NCBI GenBank assembly: GCA_964612745.1
Contig: CAZTCH010000003.1
Span: 61,931 to 125,930, forward strand
Length of the DNA stretch: 64,000 nucleotides
Origin: an uncultured Candidatus Saccharibacteria bacterium
GTDB lineage: Bacteria > Patescibacteriota > Doudnabacteria > UBA920
Reading direction: 5' to 3'
How positions within the stretch are numbered: the stretch's first letter is position 1; every line of letters starts with the position of its first letter. The translations under genes and the position numbers were made by a program. Shown in pieces: positions 54,307-63,986 of this stretch. The notes below the pieces were generated by a model. That model made no database searches. It was not told the DNA's origin and saw nothing but the letters and a program-made list of their open reading frames with translations.

Positions 54307-55596
54307 TTATGGAAGGAAGTCTTTCGGGTTATAGGTGTAGCCGTACGGTACTGAGTACGAACCGTAGGTCTTGGAATATTTACCTGCTGCAACGCCATAG
54401 CCTTCGCAATCAAATACCGTAAAGTGCAAGTGGTAGCCGCGGTCTGGTCCGTACAAGAGTCGTGTGGTGTTCCCAGTGTTGCCTTCGTACCCAATTAAGT
54501 CTCCTTGTTTGACTGCTTGCCCCGATCTGACTTTGAACTGTCGCATGTGTGCGTACAGAGTGACTAAACAGACAGGGCCGTTGGTGGTAGTAATGTTGTG
54601 CTTCACTGTACACCAGTTTCCGTAGGACGCTTCGCCAGTGTCACAGCCATTTACAGTACCATCTTGCGCAGCGTAAATTGGTGTTCCGGCAGGAGCGGCA
54701 ACGTCTATGCCGTTGTGGAATGAGTACCCGAGTGAGCGGAACCCAGTATTGCCGTAACCTTGGGTCAGTACCCCTTTCATTGGCATAGCTAGACTGCCTT
54801 TCTTTGCAGGGGCTGTTTTGTTACCCAGCTTGGTACGAACTTGCGCGTCCAGATCTTCCATTTCTTTTTGGAGTGCCGCTTCTTGGTCTTTGCTGGAAGA
54901 TAAGAGTTTCTGGTAGTTTTTCTCTACACCTTTGGTTTTGTCGAGAAGTGATTGTTTTTGTCGCTGCTGTGACTCGAGTGAACCTTGCGTGACTTTGAGT
55001 TGTTCGGTGAGTGCTTCCAGTTTTGCACGGACTACCTTTAAGTCTGCTTGCTGTTGTTCTAACTTGGCTTTGACTGCTTTAATGTTCTGCACGATTTGGT
55101 TGACCTTGTCTTGCAGGTTATTAGTGTACTCGAGGTCGTCTAAGAACTGGGAAAAATTATCTGTGCCCAGTGCGAGTTGCACAAAAGAATTTCCACCCAG
55201 CTCGTGGAGCTCTACTATAAGTTGTTTTAAGACAGCTTTGTTCTCGCCAATCTCTTGGGTGCGTCTGTCTATCTGCTTTTGTAGTTCTGCGATCTGCAAG
55301 TTTACATCTTGCATTTCTGTCTCTTTGGCTTCTATTTGCAGTTCAGTCGATTTGATCTGCGCGTCATATATATAGATCTCATTCTTCAAAGACGCTGCTT
55401 CTTTTTGTACGGTACCAATTTGTGTTTGGTAGCTTTTAATTTGCGCAGTAATGCTGGCGAGTTTTTCTTGGAGTTGGTTCTGTTTAAACTTTAGTTCGTC
55501 TACGTCTTCTGCTTGGGCAAAACCAACAAAGGCAACACTCACGAGGAGTGCGCACAGAATGACTTGTTTGCTAAATGAAGTAAATAAAAAACCCAT
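54307..55596 (-). CDS. Coiled-coil plus M23 peptidase (EnvC/PcsB-like murein hydrolase)
   Basis: Signal peptide, long coiled coil, HNGID, YAHM, GNTG, HLHF. Confidence 0.88.
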   Translation of the reverse strand: MGFLFTSFSKQVILCALLVSVAFVGFAQAEDVDELKFKQNQLQEKLASITAQIKSYQTQIGTVQKEAASLKNEIYIYDAQIKSTELQIEAKETEMQDVNLQIAELQKQIDRRTQEIGENKAVLKQLIVELHELGGNSFVQLALGTDNFSQFLDDLEYTNNLQDKVNQIVQNIKAVKAKLEQQQADLKVVRAKLEALTEQLKVTQGSLESQQRQKQSLLDKTKGVEKNYQKLLSSSKDQEAALQKEMEDLDAQVRTKLGNKTAPAKKGSLAMPMKGVLTQGYGNTGFRSLGYSFHNGIDVAAPAGTPIYAAQDGTVNGCDTGEASYGNWCTVKHNITTTNGPVCLVTLYAHMRQFKVRSGQAVKQGDLIGYEGNTGNTTRLLYGPDRGYHLHFTVFDCEGYGVAAGKYSKTYGSYSVPYGYTYNPKDFLP

Positions 55597-55636
55597 TAAA
55601 TTTAGTATATCATACTAAACCATGGGTTTTTTGTGG

Positions 55637-57208
55637 CTAGGACTGTAAAGCGGTTTTGGCTTTGGCAAGTCGGTCCAATACAAACTCTTTTCCAAATGCG
55701 TGGGCCAAGATAGGTGCTACCTCTGTTGGACCAGGGCTGGCTTGCATACCAGCCAGAGCTACCCTGAGTGGCCAAAGCATCGAGCCAGTATCGTACCCAT
55801 TTTCCTTTACAAACCCGACCAGAGCTTCTTGTAGTGCCTGTGGATTATGTAGTGTTTCATCCCCTGCTTTGCTAAACCAGTCTTGTAAAACACCGATATT
55901 TACTAAAGTTTTTTCTTTTGTACTCTTTTTCCAGACCAGTAGTTCAGGATTGTACGTAAGCTCTCCAAAGAAGTAACTGGTACGCTCTGTAATGTCCGAG
56001 AGCTTTTTCAGTCGCTCCTGCTCTACACTGGCAATTGCTGCGAGGTAACTTGTGTCTACTGCCTTGTTGCCTAGTCGAGGTGCAGTATAGGTACCGTCTG
56101 TAGCTGCAACCAGCTCCCCTGCGGCTACCCAGTACGGGACTAAGGATGCAGCCAAAGTATCTTTTGGTAGTGCTTTAATGTAGTGGCCGTTCAACCAGTC
56201 CAACTTTTGCATGTCGAGTACGGCGCCAGACTTGTTTACCTTGGCAAGGTCGAACTCGGCAATGAGCTCTTCCATGCTAAAGATTTCTTTTTCTGACTTT
56301 GGGTTCCAGCCCAAGAACGCTACAAAGTTTATGAGCGCTTCCTTTAAGTATCCTTTGTTCAGGAAGTCCTCGACTGCCACGTCCCCTTGTCGCTTGGAGA
56401 GTTTGCTTTTGTCCGGGTTTAAGATAAGTGGCAAGTGAGCAAATGCTGGTGGGGTCCAGCCAAAGGCTTGGTAGAGTAGTAAGTGCTTTGGGGTTGATGG
56501 GATCCACTCTTCACCACGGATGACGTGTGAAATCTGCATTTCGTGGTCATCTACAACGACTGCAAAGTGGTAGGTTGGAAAACCGTCTGACTTTATGAGT
56601 ACTTGGTCGTCAATCGTTTTGTTCTCGTAGGTTATGTCGCCGTAGACCAAGTCGTGAATAACTGTTTGTCCTTCTTGGGGCACTGCCAGACGAACGACTG
56701 GTTGTCGTCCTTCTGCGGTACACGCTGCAGTAGCTGCTGCTCGCTCACTTTCAGAAAGAGTGCGGCAGTGGCGATCGTACATGGGTGGTTTTTTGAGCGC
56801 AGTTTGTTCTTTGCGCAATTCTTCCAATCGTTCGCTCGAGCAATAGCAGTGGTAGGCTTTTCCTGCGTCTATAAGCTGGGTAATGTGCTGTGTGTAAATA
56901 TCGAGCCGCTTGGATTGCAAATATGGTCCAAAGCTCCCCTGCTCGGTGAGTGTGTTGGTTTGTGCGTCATACGAAAACCCTTCGTCGAACTCCACACCAA
57001 GCGTGTGTAAGACGTGCACAAGGTTTTCTGCAGCACCTTCTACTAAACGAGTTTGGTCGGTGTCTTCTATGCGCAACACATGTGAGCCCCCGTGCTTGCG
57101 CGCAAAGAGAAAACTAAACAGTGCAGTACGAAGACTACCAATGTGGACGTAGCCAGTTGGACTTGGGGCAAAGCGAGTACGGACAGGTGAAGGAGTAGAG
57201 TTAGACAT
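55637..57208 (-). CDS. gltX: Glutamate-tRNA ligase
   Basis: RFAPSPTG, HIGS, RIEDTD, DDHEM.ISHVIRGEEW, KLSKR. Confidence 0.97.
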   Translation of the reverse strand: MSNSTPSPVRTRFAPSPTGYVHIGSLRTALFSFLFARKHGGSHVLRIEDTDQTRLVEGAAENLVHVLHTLGVEFDEGFSYDAQTNTLTEQGSFGPYLQSKRLDIYTQHITQLIDAGKAYHCYCSSERLEELRKEQTALKKPPMYDRHCRTLSESERAAATAACTAEGRQPVVRLAVPQEGQTVIHDLVYGDITYENKTIDDQVLIKSDGFPTYHFAVVVDDHEMQISHVIRGEEWIPSTPKHLLLYQAFGWTPPAFAHLPLILNPDKSKLSKRQGDVAVEDFLNKGYLKEALINFVAFLGWNPKSEKEIFSMEELIAEFDLAKVNKSGAVLDMQKLDWLNGHYIKALPKDTLAASLVPYWVAAGELVAATDGTYTAPRLGNKAVDTSYLAAIASVEQERLKKLSDITERTSYFFGELTYNPELLVWKKSTKEKTLVNIGVLQDWFSKAGDETLHNPQALQEALVGFVKENGYDTGSMLWPLRVALAGMQASPGPTEVAPILAHAFGKEFVLDRLAKAKTALQS

Positions 57209-57212
57209 ATAT

Positions 57213-57378
57213 AGAGTAGGAGTTAGGTGTGTAAGAAATTCCAAATAACAAGCATCAAATAACAAATAAATTCCAATTTTCGAATTACGGACAAAATTCC
57301 AAACAAGACAAGTTTTAAATTTTGAGCTTTAGAACATTGGAACTTGTTTGAGATTTGATTTTTGTGATTTGGAATTTA
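57213..57378. repeat. Second copy of the composite inverted-repeat element
   Basis: Reverse complement aligns with 48219-48375. Confidence 0.7.
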
Positions 57379-57388
57379 ATCAGATTGC

Positions 57389-58264
57389 CTATAGTGTACC
57401 AGCTGGGCGCTGCTTCGTCCAAGCCTCCAGCTTGTAGTGTACGAGCCCAAATACGAGCCCAGCAGTGCCGGTATATATCCGTTTTATTCGCTTTGGTTCG
57501 GTAATGAGGCGGAACAACCACTCCAGTCCGAGTTTGCGCAAGAAGCGTGGTGGAGTCTTTTTTCTACCAACCATGTATTCAAATGTACCACCCAGTCCAA
57601 TAGCCACATCTACCCCCAACTCTTGCCAATAACGCATCATGAACGCTTCTTGCTTTTGTGGGCCAAGTGCGAGAAACAGAAACGAAGTGTTGCTGGTACG
57701 GATTTGTGCTGCAAGTGCTTGAGCCTCTGCGCTTTCGATATCGGCAATACGCACGTTGGAAGTTCCGGCAATGTGTAGCTTGGGGTAGAGTTCTTTTAAC
57801 ACTGTCGCAGCTTGGCTTGGTACTTCCCCAAAGCCGCCGGCAATGAACACTGACTTACCGAGTCGTTCTGCGAGCTCACAAAGGTCGTAGACAAACTCTG
57901 ACCCCCGGATTGTTTCGGGGATGTGCCCGTGTACCGACGCTCTGTTGGACATAATGCCTAAGCCAGTTTTGACGACTTGTGCCCAGATAGTACAGTACGC
58001 TACGAAATGGTTTTGTGTTTGTACAGGTACGCGCAAAAATGTATCTGCCCACGCAATGGCAACGCCATCTGCTAAAGACAAGTCCGCAGAATTGAGGAGT
58101 GCTAAAAATAGTTGGTCAGACAGTGCTCGGGCTAAAAATTCTGAGTACGGTGTGACGATGCGAGTCTTTTCTCCGTGGGTAATCCGCTGTTCCAGTTCGG
58201 CGAGCACTTCGCTCGTGGTGGCGGTAGTAATGCGCAGGCCAGCAACGGTGGTTGAATGTAGCAT
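57389..58264 (-). CDS. WecB/TagA/CpsF family glycosyltransferase
   Basis: ADGVAI, ALGPQKQE, GLGGTF, GLEWLFRL..EPKR. Confidence 0.9.
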   Translation of the reverse strand: MLHSTTVAGLRITTATTSEVLAELEQRITHGEKTRIVTPYSEFLARALSDQLFLALLNSADLSLADGVAIAWADTFLRVPVQTQNHFVAYCTIWAQVVKTGLGIMSNRASVHGHIPETIRGSEFVYDLCELAERLGKSVFIAGGFGEVPSQAATVLKELYPKLHIAGTSNVRIADIESAEAQALAAQIRTSNTSFLFLALGPQKQEAFMMRYWQELGVDVAIGLGGTFEYMVGRKKTPPRFLRKLGLEWLFRLITEPKRIKRIYTGTAGLVFGLVHYKLEAWTKQRPAGTL

Positions 58265-58269
58265 GTAAA

Positions 58270-59127
58270 TTATTCTACGCAAGCATTAAACTGTTTAACA
58301 CCAGCGTTGTACAAGTTAATAAATCCTTTGGTCTCCCCGATCTTGGCATTAATCCGAGCCGCTTGAGAGTTATATTCCGAGACGAGTGCATTGTAGCCTT
58401 CGCTGTCCCCTGCTGCTTTCAGTTCTGCCATGTGTGCAGTTAGGTTTTCTAACTCTGCTTGGGCAATGCGAATCTGACTTTCGTTGGTGGAAATCTGACT
58501 TCGCAAAGATTCGTCTGGGCTTGGACAGTCCGAAAGTGGTTTACCAAATTCTTGCACGGCCATCCAGACCATCCGATTTTTATACAATCCTTTTTCTACT
58601 GCAATGCCAATTTCGGTGTACTTGGGGTGCAAGATATTTTCTCTGTGTCCTTTGCTGTTCATCCAACCAGTGACTAAATCTGCGTTGTTGGCAAAGTCAC
58701 CTTCTGCCAAGTTCTCCCCTACTATGACGTACTCGTACCCTGCAGCGCTGACGACATCTGCTGGTGCTTTGCCGTCTGGGGACACGTGCTCAAAGTATTG
58801 TTGCTTGAGCATGTCGGCAAGTTTCGCTGCTGCTGCTTTGCGCAGCTTGCTGTTTTCTTTGAGTGGCTGTAAACCTTGCGCCGCACGTTCTTTGTTGGTG
58901 AGTTCGAGTACACCAGTCGCAGTCAGTCTCGACTCGGGAGTTGCGCCAAGGGCGGCGTTGGTTCGTTCTAGTGGAGTAGCGTAGTTTTGCTGCTTCGGTA
59001 GTTTTGACTCAATGCTTTCTAAGAAGGCGCCCAACTCCTGTTCTGTCGGAGCGTGGAGTACGCGACCAAAAAGCAGCCCACCAAGGCTTAGTAGTACTGC
59101 TATTATGATTACTCCTTTGTACCTCAT
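58270..59127 (-). CDS. CAP (SCP) domain protein with C-terminal coiled coil
   Basis: TNKER, YFEH, GENLA, WMNSKGHRENIL, VQEFG. Confidence 0.9.
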   Translation of the reverse strand: MRYKGVIIIAVLLSLGGLLFGRVLHAPTEQELGAFLESIESKLPKQQNYATPLERTNAALGATPESRLTATGVLELTNKERAAQGLQPLKENSKLRKAAAAKLADMLKQQYFEHVSPDGKAPADVVSAAGYEYVIVGENLAEGDFANNADLVTGWMNSKGHRENILHPKYTEIGIAVEKGLYKNRMVWMAVQEFGKPLSDCPSPDESLRSQISTNESQIRIAQAELENLTAHMAELKAAGDSEGYNALVSEYNSQAARINAKIGETKGFINLYNAGVKQFNACVE

Positions 59128-59328
59128 GGCAAAATCTGTATGTACGATAATGCTAGTAGTATAGCAAAATATGACCATTTGTGGGTGGTGTAAATAGTGG
59201 CTTCCCACTATCCCAGAGTCCCTAGTTCGTCATTGACGGTGTTGGCTGGCATGCTGCAAAATAGTAATAGCTGGGCCATCTCCCAATTCAGGGCGTGGTA
59301 ACAGCTATCTTTTCCGAGGAGGACATTT

Positions 59329-59496
59329 ATGGAATATCTGATTCCTGCAGCCGTGCTTATCGCTGGTGCGCTTTTTACTCTAAAAGGTACCGTACCCTCC
59401 CCTACGGGGGTAGGTCCTAAAGCAAACCGTAATCTGTGGACAGGGGTTGCACTTATTGTCCTTGCAGTAGTGTTAGTAATAGCCATTTCTGCTTGA
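59329..59496 (+). CDS. Small 2-TM protein (55 aa; not in ORF track)
   Basis: GAGGAGG SD; MEYLIPAAVLIAGALFTLKGTVPSPTGVGPKANRNLWTGVALIVLAVVLVIAISA*; hairpin downstream. Confidence 0.55.
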   Translation: MEYLIPAAVLIAGALFTLKGTVPSPTGVGPKANRNLWTGVALIVLAVVLVIAISA

Positions 59497-59651
59497 TAGG
59501 TGCACAAATCTTGCATTATTTGTCTCGTACCACCCCAGAAGTAATGATGGTACGAGACTTCTTTATTTAGTACTCAGAAAAACCAAAAATTGCTATACTT
59601 TACCTACGTATCCCATATACGCGCCTGTGGTGGCTTAACTCAAAAATTGCT

Positions 59652-59939
59652 ATGTTTGACACAAACCGACTGGAAGAACTGAAAAGTAGAGGGCAGAAGC
59701 ATAAACAGTATCTGCACTCCCCTTCCCACCTCTTGGCAGACGAGTTAGTGAATTGGTTTAACGACAAAAAGCACTTTGGCTTTTACTTGAAGCTCGCCGA
59801 AACCCACAACCACGATATGTTGCGCAAGATTGCCCAAGAAGTATTCGAGCAAAAGAATGTAAAAGCCCCTGCTCGCTTGTTTGTCTTCTTAGTCAAAAAA
59901 GCCACAACTCCGCAGCCACCCGCGCCAGCGGAATCATAA
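59652..59939 (+). CDS. Small conserved hypothetical protein
   Basis: LADEL..FND.KHFGFYLKL...ARLF.F pattern; TATACT promoter upstream. Confidence 0.6.
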   Translation: MFDTNRLEELKSRGQKHKQYLHSPSHLLADELVNWFNDKKHFGFYLKLAETHNHDMLRKIAQEVFEQKNVKAPARLFVFLVKKATTPQPPAPAES

Positions 59940-60043
59940 ACACATTTAAACATTTAAACATACAAACATGTAAGCATATAAACATCAGAATGAGTGGTAT
60001 CCCTTGTTTATATGTTTCAATGCTTACATGCTTCTTGATTTCC

Positions 60044-60532
60044 ATGGTATTGCCTATTGTAAAACTCCCGTCCGAAGTACTTCGCAGACCTGTAGAAGAC
60101 ATAACCTTTCCTTTGTCCAAAGACGTTCGCAGACTTATCCGCGACATGTTGGACACTGTGGTCAAAGCAGACGGTATTGGTCTTGCTGCACCGCAAGTTG
60201 GTCGCAACTTAAACATGGCGATTGTCTTTTTGCAAAGTGCGGACATCGCGCCGTTCGTCATTATTAACCCTAAAATAGTTGCAACGTCTTCTGAACCACA
60301 CACTATAGAAGAAGGGTGTTTGTCTCTCCCAGGGGTGTTTGGCATGGTGGAGCGTCCAAAAAAAGTGACCGTAGAGTTTTATGATCTGGAAGGCAACAAA
60401 CAAACCGTGGACGACGATGGTTGGATTGCTCGTGTCTGCCAGCACGAAATTGACCACTTACTGGGCACGCTTATTATAGACAAAATGGATTCGGTGACCC
60501 AAGGTAGCGAACTACTCCCTCTGTACCAATAA
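60044..60532 (+). CDS. def: Peptide deformylase
   Basis: GIGLAAPQVG, EGCLS, QHEIDH. Confidence 0.97.
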   Translation: MVLPIVKLPSEVLRRPVEDITFPLSKDVRRLIRDMLDTVVKADGIGLAAPQVGRNLNMAIVFLQSADIAPFVIINPKIVATSSEPHTIEEGCLSLPGVFGMVERPKKVTVEFYDLEGNKQTVDDDGWIARVCQHEIDHLLGTLIIDKMDSVTQGSELLPLYQ

Positions 60533-60608
60533 GCCTTATGCATTTATCCGTAGGCATCTGTAGATTCGTAGTATTATCCGTAGGTATCCGTAGATCCGTA
60601 GCTATATC

Positions 60609-61145
60609 ATGAAGTTTATCAAAGACATCTTACTCTTCGACATAGAAACCAGCGGACCAGACACAGACAAAGATGTGGTGGTCCAGTTTAGTGCGGTGCT
60701 GTTGGACAAAGACAACCTGCTCGAAAAAGGGGCATACCACACGTACATAAAAAACAGTATGTTGCAGCAGGTGTTAAAGGAGCAAGCAATTGGAGCGCAC
60801 GCCAACATCGAACAAGTCCAAGGTGGGAAAAAACCACTCGACTTTGTGCGTGAACTGCCACTGGTGTTCCCTACTCCGGTGACGCTCGCTTCTGCTGGCT
60901 TGAGCCGCGTCTTTTTCTTGAAAGGGGTATTCCGCAAACAAGCAGTTACATTCCCGTTCGAAATGAATATTTTAGATTTGTGGACGGTGTACTACATATA
61001 CGGCGTCCGCGCTGGTTTGAAAAAAATCCCTACCCTGCACACACTGGCAGAACAACTACACATGCGCATTCAAAACCCGTACGACGCCAACGAACGAGTC
61101 CGTCTGCACGCGGCATTTTTCCGGCATTTAATTAAAGAACTCTAA
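60609..61145 (+). CDS. DEDD 3'-5' exonuclease-like protein (partly degenerate)
   Basis: FDIETSG Exo I; Exo II/III diverged (PYDANER). Confidence 0.65.
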   Translation: MKFIKDILLFDIETSGPDTDKDVVVQFSAVLLDKDNLLEKGAYHTYIKNSMLQQVLKEQAIGAHANIEQVQGGKKPLDFVRELPLVFPTPVTLASAGLSRVFFLKGVFRKQAVTFPFEMNILDLWTVYYIYGVRAGLKKIPTLHTLAEQLHMRIQNPYDANERVRLHAAFFRHLIKEL

Positions 61146-61149
61146 GCTT

Positions 61150-61716
61150 ATGTTTTCCCGAGATTTAGTAGTAATGGATATTGAGTCTACCGGACTCGAT
61201 GTGCGCAAAAACGAAGTGCTGCAAATTGCCGCGATACGGCTAGACAAAAATACCCTCCAAGAAGTGGCGCGCTTTTCGACATACGTCAGGCCAACAAACT
61301 GGGAGAACCAAGACCCAAAAGCTATGGCGGTCAATGGTATCCCCCACGAGTTAGTGAAGACTGCGCCAACGGTAACCGAAGTACTGGAGCAGTTCGAAGC
61401 TGCATTCCCTGCGAATGAAGTTTTGCTCGCTGCGTACAACGCGTGGTTCGATATGACTTTTTTCAAGCAGATGTACATGAAAACAGAACGGGTGAATCCG
61501 TACGACTTTCATTGTTTCGACATATGGGGACTTGCTTACATGTTCTGGTCCAAAGAAGTGCGGACACCAAACCCAAAACAACCAATTGGGTTTAACTTGG
61601 CAGATATGGCAGCGCTCTTGGAAGTGCCAACTCCAGAAGGGGGTAAATTTCACGACGCGCTGGTAGACACAGAAGTCACTGTGGAAATTTTACGCAGACT
61701 TGTAATAAAACTATAA
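61150..61716 (+). CDS. DEDDh 3'-5' exonuclease (DnaQ-like)
   Basis: MDIESTG, YNAWFD, HDALVD. Confidence 0.88.
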   Translation: MFSRDLVVMDIESTGLDVRKNEVLQIAAIRLDKNTLQEVARFSTYVRPTNWENQDPKAMAVNGIPHELVKTAPTVTEVLEQFEAAFPANEVLLAAYNAWFDMTFFKQMYMKTERVNPYDFHCFDIWGLAYMFWSKEVRTPNPKQPIGFNLADMAALLEVPTPEGGKFHDALVDTEVTVEILRRLVIKL

Positions 61717-61720
61717 CCCT

Positions 61721-62722
61721 ATGAAAATAGTTTTCTTTGGTACAGACAGTTTAGCAGCGGAGTCTCTACAGGCTTTGTGTGCCAAGTTTTCTGTGGTCGC
61801 TGTAGTAACGGTGCCAGACGCACCAGTTGGACGAAAGCAAGTACTTACCGAAAGCGAAGTTGCTGTTGCAGCACGCACTCTTGGATTGCCAGTGCACAAA
61901 CCAGAAAGCTTAAAGCAAAATGCAGAGCTAGAAGCGACACTACGTGAGCTTGCTGCAGACGTGTTTGTGGTGGCAGTCTACGGCAAAATTATTCCACAAA
62001 GTATTTTAGACATTCCCCCACTGGGCTCTGTAAACGTGCACCCTTCACTCTTACCACTCTACCGCGGTCCTGCACCAATCCGCACCCCACTGCGAAACGG
62101 CGACACCGAAACAGGTGTAAGCATAATGCTCATGGACGAACAGGTAGACCACGGACCACTGCTTGCTGCAGAAAAAGTGGCAATTGCACCAGACGACACC
62201 AACGTCACACTCACCGCAAAGCTTTCTGCTATTGCAGCGCCTTTGCTCGTACGCGCACTCGAAGGCTATGTTGCTGGTACAATTACCCCTACTGCCCAAG
62301 ACCACGAAAAAGCCACAACGACTAAGTTCGTGACCAAAGCAGATGGGAAAATTGACTGGAACAACACCGCACAAGACATATACAACCAATACCGCGCCTG
62401 CCAACCATGGCCCGGCATTTACACCACCTTGCCCGCCATAGCTTCAGCGAAGGATGGGCGGAACTCCAAACTCCTCAAGATCACCTCCTGCAGCATTTAT
62501 TCCGATTCCTCCCCTATCTTAGGGGAGGTTAGGAGGGGTGAAACTACACCTGGCACTGTTCTTCCTGATGGTATTGTTTCCTGCGGCCCACAAACACTAA
62601 ACGGAGTCGAAGCCCCCACCTACCTCCAAATCCTCACCCTCCAACCCGAAGGCAAACAACCCATGGACATAAAATCCTTTTTGAATGGGAATAAAGAGTT
62701 TGTAGGTGGTGTTGTAGGCTAA
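61721..62722 (+). CDS. fmt: Methionyl-tRNA formyltransferase
   Basis: VFFGT, PDAPVGR, NVHPSLLPLYRGPAP, QPEGK. Confidence 0.96.
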   Translation: MKIVFFGTDSLAAESLQALCAKFSVVAVVTVPDAPVGRKQVLTESEVAVAARTLGLPVHKPESLKQNAELEATLRELAADVFVVAVYGKIIPQSILDIPPLGSVNVHPSLLPLYRGPAPIRTPLRNGDTETGVSIMLMDEQVDHGPLLAAEKVAIAPDDTNVTLTAKLSAIAAPLLVRALEGYVAGTITPTAQDHEKATTTKFVTKADGKIDWNNTAQDIYNQYRACQPWPGIYTTLPAIASAKDGRNSKLLKITSCSIYSDSSPILGEVRRGETTPGTVLPDGIVSCGPQTLNGVEAPTYLQILTLQPEGKQPMDIKSFLNGNKEFVGGVVG

Positions 62723-62745
62723 TTATTTTGATATAATATAAAAAC

Positions 62746-63099
62746 ATGAATACTAAAATTTCTAGGATAAGTACGGGCCCCTATGAACTTGTCGAGTCCG
62801 GTACGGTACAAGTTCTGTCGAAAGAAATAACTACGATTTTTTTTGATACCATCTCAATCAAATTTGAATTTGAATCTGATGACAAAAGTACAGAATCAGT
62901 CATAAGAGTGGATACAACAGGGACTAACACAATCAAATTTATACTAGTTAATATTAATAACCCCACGTATGGGACAACTGATTTTGTTCAGTTTGCTAAA
63001 ATAGATGGTGCAAATGTTTACATATCCTTTAGAGTAAATAGTCTCAATGATAAAAATGTACGGTCGATAGAGTATTCTATATTCAATAAAAATGTCTAA
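62746..63099 (+). CDS. Hypothetical beta-rich protein (AT-rich)
   Basis: 117-aa ORF with TGATATAAT promoter; overlaps the next gene. Confidence 0.6.
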   Translation: MNTKISRISTGPYELVESGTVQVLSKEITTIFFDTISIKFEFESDDKSTESVIRVDTTGTNTIKFILVNINNPTYGTTDFVQFAKIDGANVYISFRVNSLNDKNVRSIEYSIFNKNV

Positions 63100-63349
63100 C
63101 ATAGAAATTGCAAGAGAAAAAATAACAGGTTCGGACGACTCTGTTCCTAAGGCGCAAGAAAAAGTGCGGGGTTATTTAGCGGTGGGTCTTTTAAGTCTAT
63201 TTGGACTCGTGCTGCTCATTTCACTTTTTTATACATTATTTTTTGACATAACACCCGAAAAGAATGATTTGATAAAGTATTTATTCTCAGGACTTGTTGG
63301 CATGTTGGGTGTCGTAATAGGTTTTTATTATGGGCAAAATTCTAAATGA
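63092..63349 (+). CDS. Small 2-TM protein
   Basis: Two TMs ending GVVIGFYYG. Confidence 0.6.
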   Translation: MSNIEIAREKITGSDDSVPKAQEKVRGYLAVGLLSLFGLVLLISLFYTLFFDITPEKNDLIKYLFSGLVGMLGVVIGFYYGQNSK

Positions 63350-63416
63350 TATCAAAGCGCAAGAAAAATACGAAATAGCCCATTAAGGCTATTTTTTTGT
63401 TTACTTGTGTCCGGAC

Positions 63417-63986
63417 TTATCCTACCTGCCTTATCCAGTCCCTAGCAATACTTTGAATTCTTTCAACTTCAATCTCAGGGAGTGTGGATGTGTGCATTAT
63501 TATATTTCGTGACAATTCTAAGTCGTTCAGCCTTGAAGAAACCCAATGTTGATCAGGGAACAAGTCAGAGAAGTCTTCCCAGTCGTTGATTATAATTTGA
63601 GCTAAATTGCCAAAAAGCGTGTAGCCGACCATGTGAGATGAACGGGCGACGTGGTATTTATTTTTTTCTTCTCTCTGCTTTAAGTTCTCTGCTGCAGTCT
63701 TAATCTTTCCGCTAACACACTCTTTTATGTCCCACCACCCAGCTCCGTACCTTTCAGACAGCCGATCTGAAATTAATTCTCTCACTGAATTTTCTAGGCA
63801 GTAGAAAATAGCGTAAACTGATGCCATTTTTTCAGCATCGTGAATAAGTATTGGACTGAAATCATTTTCTTGTATTTTAGCTACGGGACTTACAGGTGCT
63901 CTTATGCCAATACCTCGATTCTCTAAATCTCGTAGGTCTTCCTGAGCCAAAATCCCGTTGAAAACAAATTTCTTTAATTTTGACAA
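63417..63986 (-). CDS. Swt1-like HEPN domain protein (frame open to the window edge)
   Basis: YCLENSVRELI, WW, LAQII..WEDF..LF, SRNIIMH (RxxxxH). Confidence 0.75.
   Translation of the reverse strand: MSKLKKFVFNGILAQEDLRDLENRGIGIRAPVSPVAKIQENDFSPILIHDAEKMASVYAIFYCLENSVRELISDRLSERYGAGWWDIKECVSGKIKTAAENLKQREEKNKYHVARSSHMVGYTLFGNLAQIIINDWEDFSDLFPDQHWVSSRLNDLELSRNIIMHTSTLPEIEVERIQSIARDWIRQVG

Noticed and set aside
59208-59516. 102-aa minus-strand ORF
   Set aside because: Better explained as the shadow of the SD-led 55-aa plus-strand ORF
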